Assembly (NCBI GenBank): GCA_963777605.1
Contig: CAVZRV010000011.1
Span: forward strand, 160,001 to 224,000
Reading direction: 5' to 3'
Length of the DNA stretch: 64,000 nt
Origin: an uncultured Acidobacteriota bacterium
Lineage (GTDB): Bacteria > Acidobacteriota > UBA6911 > RPQK01 > JAPXNP01
Part shown: piece after piece, positions 59,272-64,000 of the stretch
How the letters are laid out: each line of letters starts with the position of its first letter
How positions within the stretch are numbered: position 1 is the first letter of the stretch
Program-made: the position numbers and the translations under genes
The notes under the pieces: model-generated
What the model was told of the DNA's origin: nothing
The model's database searches: none
The model's input: only the letters and a program-made list of their open reading frames with translations

Positions 59272-60571
59272 GAAAAGTCTCCATTCCGATCGGCAGGCCA
59301 TTAGAGCCCACAGCCTCTTCGAGGTCCGCGATTCCGATCTGAACCTCGAGTCTCATGCGGTTGCGAAGTAAGCGAACTTCGTTGAGGGAACGCTGCGCAT
59401 CGAGGAAGCGAAGCAAGTCTGTTGCACCCTCCCGGTAGGCGGCCTGAGCGATCTGCCAGGATTCCTCAGCACGCTGAACCATTCCCTGTTCGACCTGGGT
59501 CAGCATCTCCACTCGTTTCGCCAGAACCTGGACGGCGCCCTGCACTGCGATCCGGGTCATCGTCTCCCGTTCTCGCAACATCGCCTCGGATCGATCGACT
59601 TCGGTCCTGCGAAATTGAATATTCCCCTCGTTCTTGTCAAAAAAGGGCAAAGGGATGATCACCCCGCCAAGGAGAGTGTTGAAGCCGGCCGTCCGCTTGT
59701 ATCCAAACAGGACGTCCCAGTCGGGCTTGGCTTGCGCCGTTTCGAGAGCGACGCCGCGGCGCGCCGACTCGAGTTCTGCCTGGGCCAGTTGAATGTCCGC
59801 CCGTTTCTCCATTGCCATCCGAACCAACTGCTCCAAATCGGCACCATCCTTGGGTAAACCGCGATCGTCGCCTTTCAGGCGGAACTCGTTCTGAGTGGTC
59901 GGCAATCCCATCGCCTTGACGAGGTCGTTTCGGGCTCTCACCGTTTCGGCGGCCGCTGCCTCGCTCTGTAGTCGGAGCTTGTCCTCCTCCAGTCGAACCC
60001 GGATTAGGTCCACCTCGGCCATGGCGCCTTCCCGAACCCTATCTTCATGGTAGCGAGTGGCCTGGCCAAAGACCCGGGCATTTTCCCGTAGGAGCTCCTC
60101 TTCGCTCTGCGCCAGCAGGGCCCGCCAGAAGGCACGCCGGACGTCCTGGCGAATCCGCCAATCGGTCTCGGTCCGCTTGAGTTCAGCAACGCGCTGGCCC
60201 TGCTCGGCCATTTCAACCCGCCGTTCACGCTTACCACCTCGTTCGATGGGCTGGGTTCCGTACACAAAGAAATCCAGGTCTTGCCCGAGGTCGAAAGAGG
60301 GATCCCCGTAAAAACGCCAGTTCTCCGACTGGATTGTGACGTGGGGATTCGGTCGGACTCGACTCTGTTCAAGCAAGCCTCCGGTTCCGGCAACCACGGC
60401 GCCGGCAGCAGCCAGGGCCGGGTGATGTTCCACGGCAATCTGCACCGCGGTCTCGATATCGAGTTCCGAAGGAATTGATTGGCCTAAGGCCGAAGTCACC
60501 GGCGTCAGGCCAAAGAGGAATGTCAACAAACTTAGGGGCAGCATCCGCAGCAGCAGCAGCATATGTCGCAC
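59258..60571 (-). CDS. czcC: TolC/CzcC outer-membrane factor
   Basis: Signal peptide, PNP, QPIERGGKR, PLPFFDKNEG, YREGATDLLRFLDAQR. Confidence 0.88.
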   Translation of the reverse strand: MRHMLLLLRMLPLSLLTFLFGLTPVTSALGQSIPSELDIETAVQIAVEHHPALAAAGAVVAGTGGLLEQSRVRPNPHVTIQSENWRFYGDPSFDLGQDLDFFVYGTQPIERGGKRERRVEMAEQGQRVAELKRTETDWRIRQDVRRAFWRALLAQSEEELLRENARVFGQATRYHEDRVREGAMAEVDLIRVRLEEDKLRLQSEAAAAETVRARNDLVKAMGLPTTQNEFRLKGDDRGLPKDGADLEQLVRMAMEKRADIQLAQAELESARRGVALETAQAKPDWDVLFGYKRTAGFNTLLGGVIIPLPFFDKNEGNIQFRRTEVDRSEAMLRERETMTRIAVQGAVQVLAKRVEMLTQVEQGMVQRAEESWQIAQAAYREGATDLLRFLDAQRSLNEVRLLRNRMRLEVQIGIADLEEAVGSNGLPIGMETFRAGN

Positions 60572-60679
60572 CAGCGGGAGTCTATCAGATGGAATTGCCG
60601 GAGTGAACCACTCGATTCATTGGAAACCCCGAGCAGATCATTTTGAACGAGTCAGTTCAATGCAGGGTGGACTCGGTCC

Positions 60680-61156
60680 CTATCCCCAGAGTTCTTTGTC
60701 GAGTTTGGCTGAGTATTCGGAACGGGACGTGCCGCTCGCAGGGGCAACCGGGGCTTCCTGTACGCCCCCGGAAGGTCTCAGTTTCCGAATTACCAGAAGC
60801 GCCACTATCGCTCCACCGATAAGGAAGATCACGGGAAGGAAGTAGGCCAGCGACCCAAAACCTTCAGCAGGGGGCTTGGCGAGAATTCGCTCACCGTATT
60901 CCGCCACGTATTTCTGAACGATCTCGTTCCTGCCCATACCGGCCGCCAGCATCTCCCGGATTTGAACTTTGATCTCGTCGGACGCTGCCGATGGGTGAAC
61001 GGAGACCGGTTGACGCCAGCAACACGGGGCGATCAGAAGGTTCTCGATTTCCTTGGCCTCCGTCTCCTGAGCCGGAGAAAGGTCGGCGCCAAAAGAGACG
61101 GAACCAAGCAGGAAGGCACAAAGAAGCGAAACAGTAATAAGCCGATGAAGGTTCAT
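60680..61156 (-). CDS. CcmH/CycL-like protein with vicinal Cys-Cys motif
   Basis: Signal peptide, LIAPCCWRQP, IREMLAAG...EI...YVAEYGERILAKP, C-terminal TM helix. Confidence 0.78.
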   Translation of the reverse strand: MNLHRLITVSLLCAFLLGSVSFGADLSPAQETEAKEIENLLIAPCCWRQPVSVHPSAASDEIKVQIREMLAAGMGRNEIVQKYVAEYGERILAKPPAEGFGSLAYFLPVIFLIGGAIVALLVIRKLRPSGGVQEAPVAPASGTSRSEYSAKLDKELWG

Positions 61157-61254
61157 TTAAGGTCGTCCTGGTTTGAATCGGCTTTCATTCTAGCAGGTTT
61201 GAAAATTGAACCCCGGATCCGGCGCTCGATTCCCGCGTCAGAACAATCTTGCTG

Positions 61255-62373
61255 TTACTCCGCCCGAAAGTCGATTCGGACAACCCTGAGATCGGAGGTG
61301 TTGACCAGACACTCGAACCGAACCTTGCTGTGCTCCTCCTTGAACGTTATCGAAGCAGTCCCCTCCACCTGCTCGTCAACCGGAGAAAGACGAGTCACCC
61401 GCGGCTTTCCTTCCAGTTCCACCGTGGCTTTCTTGTCAACCTCCCACCTGACTCGCTCGGTCAGTGCCGCTTCACAGAGACGTGCCGCGACACTCGGCGA
61501 AAAGGAGGACTCTTTGATCGAGTACTCCGCGTCTTCCACCGATTTCTGGTTCACTCCGTATCGGCAGGCATACCGGAACCCGGTCGTTCCAAAACGGTCG
61601 CTCCAGCTGCCGTCCCCGGCCAACCCAACCTCCGTTGTATCAAAGGAGGTAATCCGGCTGCTGCTGAACTGGACCACTGCCGAAGCCCCCCGGGCCGTCT
61701 CAATCTGCTGACGAATCTCGCTCTCGCAGGTATCCCGCGCCGCCCGATCCACCCGGGGATCCAGGCCCGTGCTCCCACCGACCCCCGCTCGCTCAACTCG
61801 TGCAGAAGAGATCCTGTCGCTCCAGTCCCGGTCACCGGGACGATCCTTCGCAAGGTCATTGAATAGAGCCGGTCCCTGAAGCCTCACCGAGGGTCCGCTA
61901 TACCCGATCCCGTCGTAGACCGTCAGAGTCCAGCCTGCCGGAATACAGGCCGAAACCGCGCGATCTCCAAATCCTGCCTGATGGAGGTCCGGGATGTCGT
62001 TCTCCAGGACGAACCAATCGCCCTGGACGTCCCGACTCCGGTAGATGACCGGCAAATTGCAGGGCACCGGCTTGCCTGCCTTTCCCGCAGAAGCAGCTGA
62101 ATCAGACGCTGCTTCAGCACCAACCCGAAAGTCTCCGGAACATCCCCGGTCAACCCAGATGCCCTGGTCGTCAAATCCCCATGATTCATTAAACCGGCAG
62201 GAAGTCCCACCAACTTCATGAACCAGGACGACGCCTTGCATTGTGTTGCAGCGGCAGTAGTTGTACCCGCCGTCCGTCGAGGCACACTGGATCCTCTCGC
62301 CGAGTGATTGTCCACTGTGGACGACAACAGCCAGCAGTATCAAACCGGCCGTCATGGGAAGGGTTTTAAGCAT
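61255..62373 (-). CDS. secreted Cys-rich protein: DUF3011-like + beta/gamma-crystallin + two repeated C-terminal domains
   Basis: Signal peptide; CASTDG..YC...SC..NESWG....IWVDRGCSGDF; FGDRAVS...GWTLTVY...YSG and WSDRISSARV; AARDTC/AARLC...FRYAC/RFEC repeats. Confidence 0.72.
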   Translation of the reverse strand: MLKTLPMTAGLILLAVVVHSGQSLGERIQCASTDGGYNYCRCNTMQGVVLVHEVGGTSCRFNESWGFDDQGIWVDRGCSGDFRVGAEAASDSAASAGKAGKPVPCNLPVIYRSRDVQGDWFVLENDIPDLHQAGFGDRAVSACIPAGWTLTVYDGIGYSGPSVRLQGPALFNDLAKDRPGDRDWSDRISSARVERAGVGGSTGLDPRVDRAARDTCESEIRQQIETARGASAVVQFSSSRITSFDTTEVGLAGDGSWSDRFGTTGFRYACRYGVNQKSVEDAEYSIKESSFSPSVAARLCEAALTERVRWEVDKKATVELEGKPRVTRLSPVDEQVEGTASITFKEEHSKVRFECLVNTSDLRVVRIDFRAE

Positions 62374-62737
62374 GAAACGATTCTCCCTGTTTTCTCTCTC
62401 CGGGTCACCCGTTAGAGACCATTATCGCTCTCCACGTCTTTGTGCCAGTGCTTTTCAAAGCACAAGACCCCCTCCCGTATATCGGCGAGATCAGGCATCA
62501 GAATCAGTCTGGCATCCTGCATCCCGGAAACCCACGGTACTAACCCGCATTTCTCACCAGGGTCCGTAGCGAGGCGGCTTTCCCGACCGATCCAATCCGA
62601 TCCTGGAAGTTCCGTTTCTTCCAGAGTAATGTTATCGAGCCGCTGTGAAAAAAGATCCGTCACCGGAATTTCAAATCCACCCTCGACCATTTGATGATTT
62701 CGCGTGGGCGTTCGGTTTACTCCGAACCGCAAAGCGG

Positions 62738-63763
62738 ATGCTGAACTTCGCTTACCACGAACTCAGGTCTCCGTTGCGACTGCCCTGGTCCCAGACGTGG
62801 CGGGCGTGGTCGAACGGGTTCGGTCGAATTTCCTACCGCGCCTACTCCCTTGAGAACCGCGATCGACGACTCTACGTTCCTCCCTTTACCCAGGTAGCCC
62901 GAGGGCACCGCATCAACGGGGTCTACGACATCGTCATCAACAACAAGGCGATCCACCACCTCCTCATGAAAGCAGCCGACCTTCCCTGCCCCGCACACCT
63001 GGCCCTCGTTCAGGAAGGCGGAATCCAACTCCCGGACGGTCGCTACCTGCCGGCGACCACCAACTCCGTCGAACACCTGGCCGAGAACCGTCCGGGAATC
63101 GTGATCCGCCCGGTAAAGGGCATGAAAGGGCTGGGACTGCTCTTCGTTCAATCCTCACCGGTCGGCCTGACCGCAAACCAGGAAGCGGTGTCGGCGGAGA
63201 AGATAGACAAACTGCTGCGCAGCCTCGCTCCGGCGGTGATCACCGAAATGGTTTTACCGTCGGAATACTCGCGGGCCCTCTACCCCCGAACCGTCAACAC
63301 GATCCGGTTTGTCACGCTCTGGGACTACGATCGAGGCGAGCCCTTCGTTGCCGCCGCAACTCAACGCATCGGAACGTCCCGCTCGTACCCGGCCGACAAT
63401 TTCAGAGGTGGACTCGGAGGAGTCAGTTCCGACCTCGATCTCGAGGCCGGAATCACCGGTCCAGCCAGGGGCCTCGACCGGGCCTACCAGCTCTTTGAAT
63501 CCAGCACGCACCCCGAAACCGGCGCCCGGGTAGAAGGATTGAGCGTGCCCAATTGGGACAGGATGACGGCAGCATTCCTGGAGGGAGCCCGCACCTTTCA
63601 CGCCGCTCCGATGTTGGCGTGGGACGTCGCCACGACCGAGAATGGCTTTTCCGTCGTTGAGGTCAACGGAACTCCCGGTCTCCAGGTTCACCAGATTCAC
63701 CGACCACTTCTAGCTGATCCGCGTGTCAGGAACTTCTACCGCTATCACCGGCTGATTCGATAA
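62738..63763 (+). CDS. sugar-transfer-associated ATP-grasp protein
   Basis: NNK, VIRPVKGMKGLG, LYPRTVNTIRFVT, ADNF..G, HPETG, LAWDVA, VEVN..PG. Start uncertain. Confidence 0.8.
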   Translation: MLNFAYHELRSPLRLPWSQTWRAWSNGFGRISYRAYSLENRDRRLYVPPFTQVARGHRINGVYDIVINNKAIHHLLMKAADLPCPAHLALVQEGGIQLPDGRYLPATTNSVEHLAENRPGIVIRPVKGMKGLGLLFVQSSPVGLTANQEAVSAEKIDKLLRSLAPAVITEMVLPSEYSRALYPRTVNTIRFVTLWDYDRGEPFVAAATQRIGTSRSYPADNFRGGLGGVSSDLDLEAGITGPARGLDRAYQLFESSTHPETGARVEGLSVPNWDRMTAAFLEGARTFHAAPMLAWDVATTENGFSVVEVNGTPGLQVHQIHRPLLADPRVRNFYRYHRLIR

Positions 63764-63900
63764 GAGACGGAATGGGAACATTCAAGGTAATGCCGCGTCA
63801 TGCCTATCTCACCCCAGTTTTCGCCTCGAGGATCCTGGGAACTCAGAGTAACCTGACCGGAATCGCTTTTTTCGTCCGTTTCGTCTGCTAGGGTATTGAG

Positions 63901-64000
63901 GTGTCAGATTACGTGATCGGCGACATTCACGGCTGCCTCAAAACGCTGAAAGCTCTCCTTGAGGCCATCAGTTTCGACCCGTGCTCCGATCATCTCTACC
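63901..64000 (+). CDS. apaH: ApaH-like metallophosphoesterase, 5' fragment
   Basis: GTG start reads MSDYVIGDIHGCLKTLKALLEAISFDPCSDHLY; truncated by the window edge. Confidence 0.78.
   Translation, partial: MSDYVIGDIHGCLKTLKALLEAISFDPCSDHLY

Noticed and set aside
62431-62447. TGGCAC on the minus strand upstream of the DUF3011-like gene as a sigma54 promoter
   Set aside because: There is no GC at the -12 position (GG-N10-TG).
1-64000. CRISPR array, transposase, integrase, prophage or defence genes
   Set aside because: No regularly spaced direct repeats were seen by eye and no ORF has the relevant motifs. The repeats present are protein-coding (ankyrin, LRR, DUF11).

Overview
This is a GC-rich bacterial chromosomal window; gene style suggests Acidobacteriota, which is inference only. 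It opens with a housekeeping block on the minus strand: 6S RNA, zapA, zapB-like, pheT, pheS, rplT, rpmI, infC (ATC start), thrS, tRNA-Val(GAC), HU and a CtpA-like protein lacking the catalytic dyad. Next come ruvX-mltG, a heterodimeric ABC exporter, an orphan PilB/GspE ATPase, a gnd-PPi-PFK-HAD operon, and a sigma54-driven amtB-porin unit beside a NifA-like activator. After dnaJ lies an RND-trmB-apbE-(tetraheme NapC/NirT::FGE-fold fusion)-(Tat-lipoprotein Gfo/Idh/MocA) string. The rest holds an ankyrin lipoprotein, an enolase-superfamily gene, a ~1900-aa LRR/DUF11 surface protein, Fur-boxed feoB-feoA, a decayed REP-like element, a ZraSR-like two-component pair, czcCBA-like efflux, an atypical ccmH, a DUF3011/crystallin protein, an ATP-grasp gene and the start of apaH. 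The best candidate for an undescribed system is the apbE cluster. Its FGE-fold domain has no catalytic cysteines but carries a flavinylation-like motif (DAITGPT), suggesting a periplasmic sugar dehydrogenase -> covalent FMN -> heme -> quinone wire. Seven +1 frame breaks in six plus-strand genes are most likely sequencing insertions. No CRISPR array, transposase, integrase or phage gene was seen.
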